Positions 14,969 through 24,936 of a stretch of 60,163 nucleotides of DNA are shown here, piece by piece. Positions within the stretch are counted from its first letter, which is position 1; every line of letters starts with the position of its first letter. Location: positions 1-60,163 of the forward strand of contig DASSIS010000087.1 in assembly GCA_035691665.1 (NCBI GenBank), in the 5' to 3' direction. Origin of the DNA: Gammaproteobacteria bacterium. GTDB lineage: Bacteria; Pseudomonadota; Gammaproteobacteria; Natronospirales; REEB76. The position numbers and the translations under genes are program-made. The notes under the pieces were generated by a model, which saw only the letters and a program-made list of their open reading frames with translations, did not search any database and was not told the origin of the DNA.

Positions 14969-16249
14969 TTATGCCTGCTTCTTCTCCGCGTAGCCGTATT
15001 CTTCGCGCGCCGCGAGCACCGTGGACTCGGACTCGAAGAGCTCGGGGAGCACGAACTCGAACTCGTGGCGGTGCACCGAGACGATGTCGCCATGCTTGAG
15101 AGCACGATCGCCAGCCACCCGGTCGCCGTTCACGAAGGTGCCGTTGATGCTGCCCTGGTCGGTGATCCAGAAGGAATGGCCGCGCCGCTCGATGAGGGCG
15201 TGGCAGCGGCCTACCGTGGGTTCGGCGGCGATGACGTACTGCACCTCGGGGTCGTAACCGGCGACGCGGCCGATCACCGTGGATTTCTCCCCCAGCTCGT
15301 AACGCTTGATGTCGTTGGGGTTGCTGATGTCGTAGAGCACCGCCTGGATGCCGGCGTCCTGGCCCGGGGATGTCTCCACCTTGGGGAGGAACTGCTTCAG
15401 TCCGCCCTTGCTCCAGACGTAATAGCCGCCGCCGCCTAGGATGGACAAGAGCAGCAGCACTGCGATCCATATCCACAGGGTGCGGCGTGACTGCTCCTCC
15501 ACCTGCTGCAGGTGAGTGAGCGGCGTGTTGAAGGTGAAACCCTGGGGACCCGAGGCTACCGGCGCCGGAGCAGGCGTCTCTTCCTCAGGCGTCGGCACCG
15601 CCTTGGCGTTGCTGAGCGTGTTGTTGATATGGGTATAGATACCGGCGAGATCGCCCGCCTGGTAGGCCCGGTAGTAACCGGCGCCGGTCTTCTCGGCGAG
15701 CGTCTGCAGCAGCTCGTAGTCCGCTTCGTCCGTGAAGGCGATGCCGAACACGCGCACATGCTTGGATACCGCTTCCGGGATCAGCGACTGGGTGATCCAG
15801 TGGATCTTGTCGCTGTCGCGGGAAGCGTTGCCCACGTCCACGTAGCCGTCGGTCATGAGCACGATGTACTTCTGGGCGCCGCTGCGGCCGTGGGTGTCGA
15901 GCTCGTAGAGGGCGCGTTCCAGGGCAGCGCCGGTGTCGGTCCACTGGCCGCGGTAATCCAGCTTCGCCACCGCCGCTTCGGCGCCGCTGCGGGCGTTGTC
16001 GTCCACGGCGGTTAGCGGCATGAGCACGGCCGGGTTGGTGGCGAACTCGATGATGGAGACGCGGGTCTCGGGTCCCAGCCGACCCACGAAGTCCGTGACG
16101 GCCTTGCCGGCGAGCCGGCTGGGGTCGTTGGTGCGCATGCTGCCGGAGTTGTCCAACACCAGCACTACGTCCTGGGGGGCGGCGAAGGCCGGCAGGGCGA
16201 GGCCCAGCCACAGACCGAACAAGGCCACCGTATGGAATGCCGCTTTCAC
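14969..16249 (-). CDS. signal peptide - periplasmic VWA domain - TM helix - cytoplasmic FHA domain protein
   Basis: 426 aa with a GTG start. Signal peptide ends ALPAFA. MIDAS DNSGSM plus MTDG. TM helix is LWIWIAVLLLLSILGGGGYYVW. FHA motifs are VIGR, GRCHA and SINGTFVNG. Confidence 0.8.
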   Translation of the reverse strand: MKAAFHTVALFGLWLGLALPAFAAPQDVVLVLDNSGSMRTNDPSRLAGKAVTDFVGRLGPETRVSIIEFATNPAVLMPLTAVDDNARSGAEAAVAKLDYRGQWTDTGAALERALYELDTHGRSGAQKYIVLMTDGYVDVGNASRDSDKIHWITQSLIPEAVSKHVRVFGIAFTDEADYELLQTLAEKTGAGYYRAYQAGDLAGIYTHINNTLSNAKAVPTPEEETPAPAPVASGPQGFTFNTPLTHLQQVEEQSRRTLWIWIAVLLLLSILGGGGYYVWSKGGLKQFLPKVETSPGQDAGIQAVLYDISNPNDIKRYELGEKSTVIGRVAGYDPEVQYVIAAEPTVGRCHALIERRGHSFWITDQGSINGTFVNGDRVAGDRALKHGDIVSVHRHEFEFVLPELFESESTVLAAREEYGYAEKKQA

Positions 16250-16397
16250 CCTCTTACACCCTCTTGAAGCGTCTTACCCTCATTGTAGCGGTCGGCGGGC
16301 TGAAACCCGAGTGTCAAAAGATCATTTCCCGTAACGACTTATGATGGCTTCTTAAAGCAGCTTTTCCATTAAGTTCAAATAGATAGGCCGGGAATGT

Positions 16398-16808
16398 CTA
16401 AATTTTCACCAATCCTAACACCGCCGTGACCAAAAGGTTGAGGCTGGCGGCGAACCCCAGGGTCCAGCTCAGGACCCGGAGCCAGACGATGCCCAGGGTA
16501 TAGGCCGGCATATGCACTAGCCGGGCCGCTGCGAACACGGCCGCCGCCAGGCTGGTACGCAGACTGAAACCACCGGTCAGCGCGAGCAAGAGTACTGCCA
16601 CAGCGAAAGCCGGATAGTTAGCCAGCAGGTTGTCATAAGCGCGTTCGGCCCGCTGACCCCATTCCGGCAGCGGCGGCAAGCCCGCCGTGGAGCGGTTGGA
16701 CCACATCCACCCCAGGCCATAGGTCCGGTATTTGCACACGAAGGCCGGCACCCAACCCAGCATCAGTAGGAAGGTCATCAGCGCCAGCATCTGTAGCTCG
16801 AACGCCAT
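16398..16808 (-). CDS. MAPEG-family membrane protein
   Basis: Internal ATG at 16808 of ORF 16398..16880 (MAFELQMLALMTFLL). About 136 aa with four hydrophobic helices. Family call is from general resemblance only. Confidence 0.65.
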   Translation of the reverse strand: MAFELQMLALMTFLLMLGWVPAFVCKYRTYGLGWMWSNRSTAGLPPLPEWGQRAERAYDNLLANYPAFAVAVLLLALTGGFSLRTSLAAAVFAAARLVHMPAYTLGIVWLRVLSWTLGFAASLNLLVTAVLGLVKI

Positions 16809-16900
16809 GAGAAGACTCTCCGCATGGGATCTCGTCGTGGCGATTGTAGCGCCGGCGCCTCGACAGCCGCGGTGAGGCACCCGATAATGCCCCGCATCCC

Positions 16901-17785
16901 ATGCCCGTCATCCTCGAAGCCCGCCAGCTCGTGAAACGTTACCCCGGCGTCACCGCCGTGGATGGCGTCAGTTTCGCCGTGCAAGCAGGTGAATGCTTCG
17001 GCCTGCTCGGCCCCAACGGTGCCGGCAAGACCACCACCGTGGAGATGATGGAGGGCATCAATGAACCCAGCGCAGGCGAGGTGCATTACCGCGGCAAACC
17101 GGTGGATGCGAGTTTCCGCCAGGAAGTGGGTATCCAGTTCCAGTCCACCGCGTTGCAGGACTTCCTCACGGTGCGGGAGACCTTGCAGCTCTTCCGCAGC
17201 TTCTACTCCCGCGGCCTCGAAGTGGACGAGCTCACCCAGCTCTGCACCTTGGGCGAGTACCTCGACCGGGATGCCCGCAAGCTCTCCGGCGGGCAGCGTC
17301 AGCGCCTGCTGCTCGCCCTGGCGCTGGTCAACGACCCAGAGGTGCTGTTCCTGGACGAGCCCACCACCGGCCTCGATCCCCAGGCCCGCCGCAACTTCTG
17401 GGACCTGATCCGCGCCATCAAGGCGCGGCACAAGACGGTGATCCTCACGACCCATTACATGGAGGAGGCCTTCCTGCTCTGCGACCGTATCGCCATCATG
17501 GACCACGGCCACATCATCGCCGAGGGTTCCCCTGCTTCGCTGCTGGCCAAGCATTTCCATGACGTGATCTTGCAGATACCCAAGGAAGACTTCCGGAGCG
17601 ACCCCGCGGCGCTCGGCTTCACGCTGCTGGATGCCGGCGAGATGCTGGAGATCTCCACCGACGACGTGGACGGCACAGTGCAGAAGCTGCTGCAGCAGAA
17701 GGTGTCCCTGGCGCACCTGCAGATCCGCGCCCGCACCCTCGAGGACCTGTTCCTGGAACTCACCGGCAAGGAGCTCAGGGCATGA
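16901..17785 (+). CDS. ABC transporter ATP-binding protein (ABC-2 type)
   Basis: Walker A GPNGAGKTT, signature LSGGQRQR, Walker B LFLDEP. Confidence 0.9.
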   Translation: MPVILEARQLVKRYPGVTAVDGVSFAVQAGECFGLLGPNGAGKTTTVEMMEGINEPSAGEVHYRGKPVDASFRQEVGIQFQSTALQDFLTVRETLQLFRSFYSRGLEVDELTQLCTLGEYLDRDARKLSGGQRQRLLLALALVNDPEVLFLDEPTTGLDPQARRNFWDLIRAIKARHKTVILTTHYMEEAFLLCDRIAIMDHGHIIAEGSPASLLAKHFHDVILQIPKEDFRSDPAALGFTLLDAGEMLEISTDDVDGTVQKLLQQKVSLAHLQIRARTLEDLFLELTGKELRA

Positions 17786-18804
17786 CCCGCCGCTTCCTGG
17801 CCGTGCTCAAGGCCCGCAACCTGGAGTTCCTGCGGGACCGGGCGGCGCTCGGCTGGAACATCGCCCTGCCGGTGCTCATCGTCATCGGCATGTGGTTCAT
17901 CTTCTCCGGCGGCGACAAGCCGCTCTTCAAGGTGGCGGTGCTGGACGGCGGCGTGACCATCGCCCGTATCGACAACGCCTTCCTCAAGACCCGTTACGTG
18001 GATTTCTACCCGGTGACGGACCAGGAGCAGACCGAATCCAAGGTGGCTCACAACCAGATAGACATGCTCCTGGATCTCAGCGACACCAAGGCGCCCCGCT
18101 ACTGGATCAACGAGACCTCGCCCAAGGGCTACGTGCTGGAGAAGATCCTGGCCGGCGAGACTGACGCCCATTACATCCGCGCCACCGTGAGCGGGCGCGC
18201 CATCAACTATGTGGATTGGCTCATCCCCGGCGTGCTGGGCATGAACATGATGTTCTCCTGCCTCTTCGGCGTGGGCTACGTCATCGTGCGCTACCGCAAG
18301 AACGGCTTCCTGAAACGTCTCAATGCGACGCCCCTCAAGGCCTTCGAGTTCATCGCCGCCCAGGTCACCTCGCGCCTGCTGCTGATCATGAGCGTCACGC
18401 TGCTGGTGTTCCTGGGCACCCAGCTGCTCATCCACTTCTACATGGCCGGCAGCTACCTGCTCTTGCTGCTGGTGGCGGTGCTGGGTGCCGCCAGCATGAT
18501 CTCCCTGGGTCTGTTGGTGGCAGCGCGGGTAGCGAGCGAGGAGTTCGCCGGCGGCCTGCTCAACCTCGCCACCTGGCCCATGATGTTCCTCTCCGGTGTC
18601 TGGTTCTCCCTCGAGGGTGCGCCGGCCTGGATACAGGACGCGGCCAAGGTCTTCCCTCTCACCCAGATGCTGGTGGGGGCCCGCAAGGTGATGCTGGACG
18701 GCGCGGGGCTCTCAGATCTCTGGCCCCAGCTCCTGTCGCTGGGTTCCATGACGGTGCTGTTCCTGGCCCTGGGCTCTTTCGGCTTCAAGTGGAAGAACGA
18801 TTAA
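17782..18804 (+). CDS. ABC-2 family transporter permease
   Basis: 340 aa. Start overlaps the ATPase stop by 4 nt. N-terminal TM, extracytoplasmic segment, then about 5 C-terminal TM helices. Confidence 0.85.
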   Translation: MTRRFLAVLKARNLEFLRDRAALGWNIALPVLIVIGMWFIFSGGDKPLFKVAVLDGGVTIARIDNAFLKTRYVDFYPVTDQEQTESKVAHNQIDMLLDLSDTKAPRYWINETSPKGYVLEKILAGETDAHYIRATVSGRAINYVDWLIPGVLGMNMMFSCLFGVGYVIVRYRKNGFLKRLNATPLKAFEFIAAQVTSRLLLIMSVTLLVFLGTQLLIHFYMAGSYLLLLLVAVLGAASMISLGLLVAARVASEEFAGGLLNLATWPMMFLSGVWFSLEGAPAWIQDAAKVFPLTQMLVGARKVMLDGAGLSDLWPQLLSLGSMTVLFLALGSFGFKWKND

Positions 18805-18826
18805 TACCAGGCCTTTTACCGCGGCC

Positions 18827-19609
18827 TTGCATCCCCATATCTCCGGAATGTTCTCCCTCTTCAGACGCTGGCGCGAACGCCGCATCCTGGACCGTTATCC
18901 CATCGCGGAGCCGGATTGGCGCCAGGTCCTGACCGCGACCCCGGCCTTGCGGCGCCTGTCAGCCTCCGAACAGGCCCGCCTGCGGGTGCTGGCCACCTTC
19001 CTGCTGCATGAGAAATCCGTGGAACCGGTGCAGGGCCTCGAGCTCACCGGCGCCATGCGCGCGCGTCTCGCCGCCCTCGCCTGTCTGCCTATCCTGAACC
19101 TGGGCTTGAGCTGGTACCGGGACTGGCATTCCATCGTGCTCTACCCGGGTCTCTTCATGCCGCCGCACGAGTACACCGACGTCGCCGGCGTGGTACACCG
19201 CGGTCACCGGGTGCTGGAGGGTGAGGCCTGGCAGCGGGGGCCGGTGGTCCTCTCCTGGGCCGGGGTGGCGGAGACCGGCACGCCGCCGGGCCACAACGTG
19301 GTGATCCACGAGATGACCCACAAGCTCGACATGCTGAACGGCGAGCCTAACGGCTTCCCGCCCCTGCACGGACGCATGAGCCGCCGCGCCTGGTCCCGCA
19401 GCTTCGCCGCGGCTTATCGGACGCTGGAAAGCCGCGTTCAGCAGGGTTATCCGCCGCCCCTGGACCCCTATGGCCTGGAGAACCCGGGCGAGTTCTTCGC
19501 CGTGGCGAGCGAGGCTTTCTTCGAGACGCCGCGGGCGCTCAAGGACTTCGATCCCGAGCTCTACCGCCAGCTCACCCTCTTCTATAAGCAACAGCCGCTC
19601 TCGAACTGA
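18827..19609 (+). CDS. mtfA: M90-family zinc peptidase MtfA-like
   Basis: 260 aa. HEMTHKLD (HExxH) followed by NPGEFFAVASEAFF, typical of the MtfA family. An alternative start at 18848 (MFSLFRRW) is possible. Confidence 0.8.
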   Translation: MHPHISGMFSLFRRWRERRILDRYPIAEPDWRQVLTATPALRRLSASEQARLRVLATFLLHEKSVEPVQGLELTGAMRARLAALACLPILNLGLSWYRDWHSIVLYPGLFMPPHEYTDVAGVVHRGHRVLEGEAWQRGPVVLSWAGVAETGTPPGHNVVIHEMTHKLDMLNGEPNGFPPLHGRMSRRAWSRSFAAAYRTLESRVQQGYPPPLDPYGLENPGEFFAVASEAFFETPRALKDFDPELYRQLTLFYKQQPLSN

Positions 19610-19615
19610 GGCTGC

Positions 19616-20797
19616 TCAGAGCTGCCGCAAGCTCGAAGCGATCGGCATGCGCACCGCCCGCACTGCCGGCAAGAGCCCTCCGAACAGGCCCATCAGCAAG
19701 GCGTAGACAGCGCCGCGGGTGAGCAGCTCAGGGGTGACCCGGAAGGAGAACGCCACCTGGGCGAAGTTGGAGCCGAGCGTGCTGGTCTCGATGCCGTTGA
19801 AGAGCACATAGGCCAGCGCCCCACCCACGATCCCGCCCAGGAGCCCCAGCAGCATGCCCTCCACCAGCACCGAGAGCAGCACCGGAGAGCGGCCGAAGCC
19901 GATGGCCCGCAGGGTGGCGATCTCCGCCGCCCGGCTCGAGACCGAGTTATACATGGTGTTCACGGCGCCGAAGATGGCGCCGATGCCCATGAGGATGGCG
20001 ATGAACGCCCCGGCGGTGGTGATGAACAGGCTCATGGCCTTGGACTGCTCGGCGTAGAAATCCGACTCCCGCTCCACGCTGACCGAGAGCTGCGGGTTGC
20101 TGGTGAGCGCGTCCTTGAACGGCTGGAAGGCCGCCGGCGAACTCAGCTTCGCGAACACCGACTCCAGCGAGCTGCCGCGCTTGTAGGAAGCCTGGAGCAC
20201 CGTGATGTCGCCCCACACCTCCGAGGAATAGACGCCACCGTCGTCGAACACCCCGACGATGTTCCACTGGTAGGGTCCGGAGTGGATGGTATCCCCCAGC
20301 TCGAAACCCTTGTATTCGTGGGAAGCGCGCAGGCCCACGATCACTTCGTTCAATCCTGGCTGGAAGTTGCGGCCCGCCAGGATATGCACCTTGTCATGCA
20401 CCAGGAAGGCATTGGGGTCCACGCCCCGGAACGGGACGTTGGCGTCGAGCCCCGTGTCGATCTTGGGCATGCTGAGCTGTACCAGGAGCTCGTCCGAGGC
20501 CAGAGGGCCGCCGGCGGTCTGCTGCAGGCCCGGCGCCTCGGCCACGAGTTTTGCATCGTTCACGCTCAGCACACTGTTCACCTCGGCGCCGGCGCCGCCG
20601 CGCAGTACCACGACCACGTCCGGTGAACCGGATTCCTGGAGCGTCTGGTTGAAGCCATCGCGGATGGCGAACACCGCCACGAATACCATCACCACGCCGG
20701 TGAAGCCTATGATCGCCACCAGGGAAGAATCGAGCCGCCCCTTGAGATTGCCCAAGTTGAGGGCGCAGACCGTGTAGAGCTGATGGATCCAGCGCAT
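19616..20797 (-). CDS. FtsX/MacB-type ABC permease
   Basis: 393 aa. TM1, large periplasmic domain, three C-terminal TM helices, ending in the RMPIASSLRQL tail typical of FtsX-like permeases. Confidence 0.85.
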   Translation of the reverse strand: MRWIHQLYTVCALNLGNLKGRLDSSLVAIIGFTGVVMVFVAVFAIRDGFNQTLQESGSPDVVVVLRGGAGAEVNSVLSVNDAKLVAEAPGLQQTAGGPLASDELLVQLSMPKIDTGLDANVPFRGVDPNAFLVHDKVHILAGRNFQPGLNEVIVGLRASHEYKGFELGDTIHSGPYQWNIVGVFDDGGVYSSEVWGDITVLQASYKRGSSLESVFAKLSSPAAFQPFKDALTSNPQLSVSVERESDFYAEQSKAMSLFITTAGAFIAILMGIGAIFGAVNTMYNSVSSRAAEIATLRAIGFGRSPVLLSVLVEGMLLGLLGGIVGGALAYVLFNGIETSTLGSNFAQVAFSFRVTPELLTRGAVYALLMGLFGGLLPAVRAVRMPIASSLRQL

Positions 20798-20800
20798 GGC

Positions 20801-21943
20801 TCAGGCCCTCCTCAGGGCGGTGGCCACCTGCAGGCGCATGGCCTGGGCGGCGGGCAAGAGCCCAGCCAGGAGGCCGAGCAGGAGCATCAAGAGGATGGCG
20901 AGCGCAAGGCTCGCGGGGGGCGTGCGGAAGCCCTGCACGAAGGGGAGCTTCGCGCCTATGCCCCCGGCGATGAAGGCGCCGAGCCCCAGGCCCAGCAACC
21001 CGCCCAGGAAAGTCACCAGCAGGGACTCCATGAGGACCATGGAACCGACGCCACGACGGCTGAACCCCAAGGCCTTTAGCACCGCGAGCTCGCTGGTGCG
21101 CTCCCGGATCGATTGGGCCATGGTGTTGGCGATCACCAGCAGCATGCTGAACAGCACGGCGCTGACGATACCGGTGACGATCTTGCCGATGTTGCCCAGC
21201 ATGGCCGCGAAGCTCTGCACGAAGGCCTTCTCGCTGGAGGTCTTGGTCTCGGCGTCGGAGTTGGCGAACATGTCGTCCACCTGCTTGGCGATGGCGCCGG
21301 CGCGGGCAGGGTCGGAGATCCGCAGCAGGAACATGCCCACCTGGTTGTTGCGGAAGGCGCGAGTGTCGTCCAGGTACTTGTAGTGCATCAGCAGCAGGTC
21401 TTCCTGGGCGCCGCTGTAGATGCCGTCCACGTTCACGTCCCAGGTGCTGTTGCCCTGCTTGTCGCGCCAGATGTTGGAGCGCAACGGGATGTGGTCCCCC
21501 ACCTTCAGGTGGTAACGCTTGGCCACCGCCGGGCCGATGAGCACGCCCTGGCGGTCGTTGAGCCAGGTCTGGATCTGCTCCGGGGGCAGGTGCATGTCGT
21601 CATGCACGTCCAGGTAGGTCTTCTCGTCCACCCCGAAGGCGGTGATGGGCTGGCGCGGGTCCTGGAAGTAGCCGCCCACCCATTCCTGCCAGGTGACCTC
21701 CGCCACGCCGGGGACGGTGGCGATGCGGTCGGTGTAGTTGATGGGCATGGAGTTGATGAGGCCGACACGGTTGGTGACCACCAGGCGGTTCGCGCCCGCC
21801 AGATCCACGCCGCCGGTGAAGGCCTGGTTCACGGCGCCGAGTATCGCGAACAGCATGAAGGCGATGAATACCGACAGCAGGGTGAACACCGTGCGGACCT
21901 TGCGGCGCATCAGGTTGGCCCAGACGAGCGGGAGGTACTTCAT
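20801..21943 (-). CDS. FtsX/MacB-type ABC permease (paralog)
   Basis: 380 aa with the same architecture. Starts [18 protein letters not shown]. Confidence 0.85.
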   Translation of the reverse strand: MKYLPLVWANLMRRKVRTVFTLLSVFIAFMLFAILGAVNQAFTGGVDLAGANRLVVTNRVGLINSMPINYTDRIATVPGVAEVTWQEWVGGYFQDPRQPITAFGVDEKTYLDVHDDMHLPPEQIQTWLNDRQGVLIGPAVAKRYHLKVGDHIPLRSNIWRDKQGNSTWDVNVDGIYSGAQEDLLLMHYKYLDDTRAFRNNQVGMFLLRISDPARAGAIAKQVDDMFANSDAETKTSSEKAFVQSFAAMLGNIGKIVTGIVSAVLFSMLLVIANTMAQSIRERTSELAVLKALGFSRRGVGSMVLMESLLVTFLGGLLGLGLGAFIAGGIGAKLPFVQGFRTPPASLALAILLMLLLGLLAGLLPAAQAMRLQVATALRRA

Positions 21944-22659
21944 TTCTCCGCCTCCGTGGCGAGCCGCCCCTTGTTCATGTAGAGGATGCGGCGCGCCCGG
22001 GCGGCGGCGTGGGGATCGTGGGTCACCATGACGATGGTCTTGCCCTGCTCCCGGTTGAGGGCCTGCAGCAGGTCCAGGATCTCGTCCCCGGACTTGCGGT
22101 CGAGATCGCCGGTGGGCTCGTCGCAGAGCAGCAGCAGGGGATCGCCGACGATGGCCCGGGCGATGCCGACGCGCTGCTCCTGGCCGCCGGAGAGCTCCGC
22201 GGGCTTGTGCTTGGCCCGGTCCCCGATGTTGGCCAAGGACAGCGCCGCCTGCACGCGCCGCTTGCGATCCGTGGCCGAGAGGCCAGTGAGCAGGAGCGGC
22301 AGCTCCACGTTGCGCTCGGCCGAGAGCACCGGCAGCAGGTGATAGAGCTGGAATACGAAACCCACGTTGTGGGCGCGCCAGCGGGCGAGCTCGGATTCGT
22401 TGTAGCGGGCGATGTCCGTACCGTCCACCTCGAGGGTGCCGGAGGTGGGCCGGTCGATGCCACCCAGCAGGTTCAGCAGCGTGGTCTTGCCGGAACCGGA
22501 GGGACCCATGAGCGCCAGGAAGTCGCCCCGCGGGATGCTGAGGGAGAGGTTCTGCAGCACGTGCACCGTCTCGCCGCCGCGGCGGTATTCCTTGGTGACG
22601 TCGCGCAGCTCCACCAGGCTCTGGGCGTCGGATTGGGGGACGGGCTTCGGCATGCTCAT
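21940..22659 (-). CDS. ABC transporter ATP-binding protein (MacB/LolD type)
   Basis: Track ORF 21940..22695. I prefer the ATG at 22659, preceded by GAGGAG. Walker [10 protein letters not shown], signature LSGGQEQR, Walker [12 protein letters not shown]. Confidence 0.9.
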   Translation of the reverse strand: MSMPKPVPQSDAQSLVELRDVTKEYRRGGETVHVLQNLSLSIPRGDFLALMGPSGSGKTTLLNLLGGIDRPTSGTLEVDGTDIARYNESELARWRAHNVGFVFQLYHLLPVLSAERNVELPLLLTGLSATDRKRRVQAALSLANIGDRAKHKPAELSGGQEQRVGIARAIVGDPLLLLCDEPTGDLDRKSGDEILDLLQALNREQGKTIVMVTHDPHAAARARRILYMNKGRLATEAEK

Positions 22660-22691
22660 GGATCGCTCCTCAAGAAGGTTCGCGTTCAATT

Positions 22692-23945
22692 TCAATTCGG
22701 GTCGGCTTCGCGGACACGGAGTCCGTCGGCGAGGGGTTTGTCGGAAGTGACCACCACCCTTTCATCGGCGCCGACACCGGCCAGGACTTCCACGTCCGAG
22801 CCCGTGCTCGCGCCGAGCTTCACGGCGCGGCGTTCCACGCGGCCGTCGCTATAGACGAAGACGTAAGGCGTGGCGCCGTCCTTGTGGACCGCCGCCTGGG
22901 GGATCTCGATACGGGCGGCAGGCGCACTCGCCGCACTCCCCTCGCCGCCCAGGAACCAGACCTGGATGGACATCTGCGGCAGGATGCGCGGATCGAGCTT
23001 GTCGAAGCCGACGCGCACCTTCACTGTGGCCTTGTCCCGGTCGGCGGTGGGGATGATGCTCACCACATGGGACGGGATGTGCCAGTCGGGGTAAGCGTCC
23101 AGCACCGCGTCCACCTTCTGGCCCTCGTGCACGCGGCCGATGTAGGCCTCGTTCACGTCCACCTCGATCTCCAGGGAGTTCATGTCCACCACGGTGGCGA
23201 TGCCGGTGCGGGTGTTGCCGCCGCCGGCGGAGTTGGGGGAGATCATCTCGCCCGGCTGCGCGTCCTTGGACACCACCACCCCGGCGAAGGGGGCGCGGAT
23301 CACGGTGTCGTCCAGGAGCTGCTGGTCCAGGGCCAGGCTGTTCTGGGCCACCCCCACCTGCTGGCGGGCGCTGTCGAGCGAAGCCTGCAGGCTCGCTTCC
23401 TTGGTGGCAGCGCCGTCCATGTCGGATTGGCTGACGAGATGCCGGGCAAACAAGGCCTTCGTGCGTTCCAGGTCGCGGGCGGCATTCGCATGTTCGACGT
23501 CAGTCTCAGCGGCGAGCGCCTGGGAGGCTGCGAGCTGGCTCTTGGCCACGTTCAACTGGTCCAGGTCCGTGGAATCGTCCAGGCGCGCCAGTACTTGGCC
23601 CGCCTTCACATGCGTGCCTTCCTCGATGAGCACCTCCCGCACCTTGCCGGTGACCTTGGAGGACACCACCGCCTGCAGGCGGGGCACCACGTAGCCGGAA
23701 GCGTTCAAGAGCCGCGCACCGGCCGCGCCGCCGGCGCTGTCCTGCACCGCGTGCGCCGCGGCGGTCTGCACCGCTATATACGAGGGCTTGAACAGCAGCC
23801 AGGAGATGAGCAGCGACAGGCCCAGGACGACGGCGCCGCCGACGATGAGCCAGGGACGGGTGCGGCGCTTCAGCGCCATCTCGTCGGCGCTCCGGTCCAT
23901 CTTCAAGGCATCCAAGGCTTCCCGGTCCAAAGGCATCTCATGCAC
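22692..23945 (-). CDS. HlyD/MacA-type periplasmic adaptor
   Basis: 417 aa. N-terminal TM, coiled-coil region, lipoyl and beta-barrel-like segments. Confidence 0.85.
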   Translation of the reverse strand: MHEMPLDREALDALKMDRSADEMALKRRTRPWLIVGGAVVLGLSLLISWLLFKPSYIAVQTAAAHAVQDSAGGAAGARLLNASGYVVPRLQAVVSSKVTGKVREVLIEEGTHVKAGQVLARLDDSTDLDQLNVAKSQLAASQALAAETDVEHANAARDLERTKALFARHLVSQSDMDGAATKEASLQASLDSARQQVGVAQNSLALDQQLLDDTVIRAPFAGVVVSKDAQPGEMISPNSAGGGNTRTGIATVVDMNSLEIEVDVNEAYIGRVHEGQKVDAVLDAYPDWHIPSHVVSIIPTADRDKATVKVRVGFDKLDPRILPQMSIQVWFLGGEGSAASAPAARIEIPQAAVHKDGATPYVFVYSDGRVERRAVKLGASTGSDVEVLAGVGADERVVVTSDKPLADGLRVREADPN

Positions 23946-24073
23946 CCCGTGATCAGCAGGCCGGACAGAAAACGGTCGTTAGTTTACACTTGCGCCGCGG
24001 CGTCCCGTCCGGATGCGGAGCAGTCTGCCTTCCTCACGGCACCGGCGGCAGTCATGTTAATCAGGACTATGGA

Positions 24074-24901
24074 ATGACAGATGTCACGCGCCAGCCCGGT
24101 CTCATCGACATCGGCGCCAACCTCACCCATGACAGCTTCGACGCGGACCGGCCCGATGTCATGGCCCGGGCCCGCAAGGCCGGCGTCACTCGCTTCATCG
24201 TGACCGGCAGCGATGCGGCCCATAGCCGCCGGGCACTGGAGCTGGCCCGGGAACATCCCGGTGTCATATTCGCCACCGCCGGGGTGCATCCCCACCATGC
24301 CAAAGAATGCAGCGACGCGACCCCGGACGAGCTCCGGGAGCTGCTCGCCCAGCCGGAGACGGTGGTCATCGGCGAATGCGGCCTGGATTACTTCCGCAAC
24401 TTCTCGCCCCAGGACGTGCAGCGCTGGGTGTTCGAGATGCAGCTGGAACTCGCCGCCGAGAACGGCAAACCGGTGTTCCTGCACCAGCGGGACGCCCACC
24501 ACGATTTCATGCAGATCCTGGGCCGCTACCGCTCCCGGCTCAGCCGCGCCGTGGTGCATTGCTTCACGGGCGACGCGGCGGAACTGAAGGATTATCTGTC
24601 CCTCGACTGCCACATCGGCATCACCGGCTGGATCTGCGACGAGCGCCGCGGCAGGCACCTGAAGGATTGTGTGGGCCTGATCCCGGCGGACCGGCTCATG
24701 ATCGAGACCGACGCCCCCTACCTCATCCCCCGCGACCTCGCGCCGAAGCCCGCGTCGAACCGCAACGAACCCATGCACCTGGCCCATATCTGCAACGTGG
24801 TGGCCGCCTGCGTCGCCAAGCCGCCGCTGCAGCTTGCGGTGGAAACCACACGCACGGCGGAGGAATTCTTCAAGCTGCCGCCGCTCGCGGGCCTGGGGTA
24901 A
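24074..24901 (+). CDS. tatD: TatD-family metal-dependent hydrolase/nuclease
   Basis: Internal ATG at 24074 of ORF 23990..24901. IDIGANLTH, GVHPHH, GECGLDY, FLHQRDAH and ETDAPYL motifs. Confidence 0.85.
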   Translation: MTDVTRQPGLIDIGANLTHDSFDADRPDVMARARKAGVTRFIVTGSDAAHSRRALELAREHPGVIFATAGVHPHHAKECSDATPDELRELLAQPETVVIGECGLDYFRNFSPQDVQRWVFEMQLELAAENGKPVFLHQRDAHHDFMQILGRYRSRLSRAVVHCFTGDAAELKDYLSLDCHIGITGWICDERRGRHLKDCVGLIPADRLMIETDAPYLIPRDLAPKPASNRNEPMHLAHICNVVAACVAKPPLQLAVETTRTAEEFFKLPPLAGLG

Positions 24902-24936
24902 AATCCGCCTCCCGCCTACGACCCTATCCTTCGGAG

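Noticed and set aside
16250-16397. TTGACA and TACAAT hexamers on the minus strand upstream of the VWA-FHA gene.
   Set aside because: The spacer between them is 24 nt by my count, too long for a sigma-70 promoter. I do not report it as a feature.
24307-24936. Long N-terminal extension of the M20 peptidase ORF (680-aa version).
   Set aside because: The extension overlaps tatD in another frame and is Arg/Pro/Gly-rich. M20-like sequence begins only at MAMDLNELK (24937).
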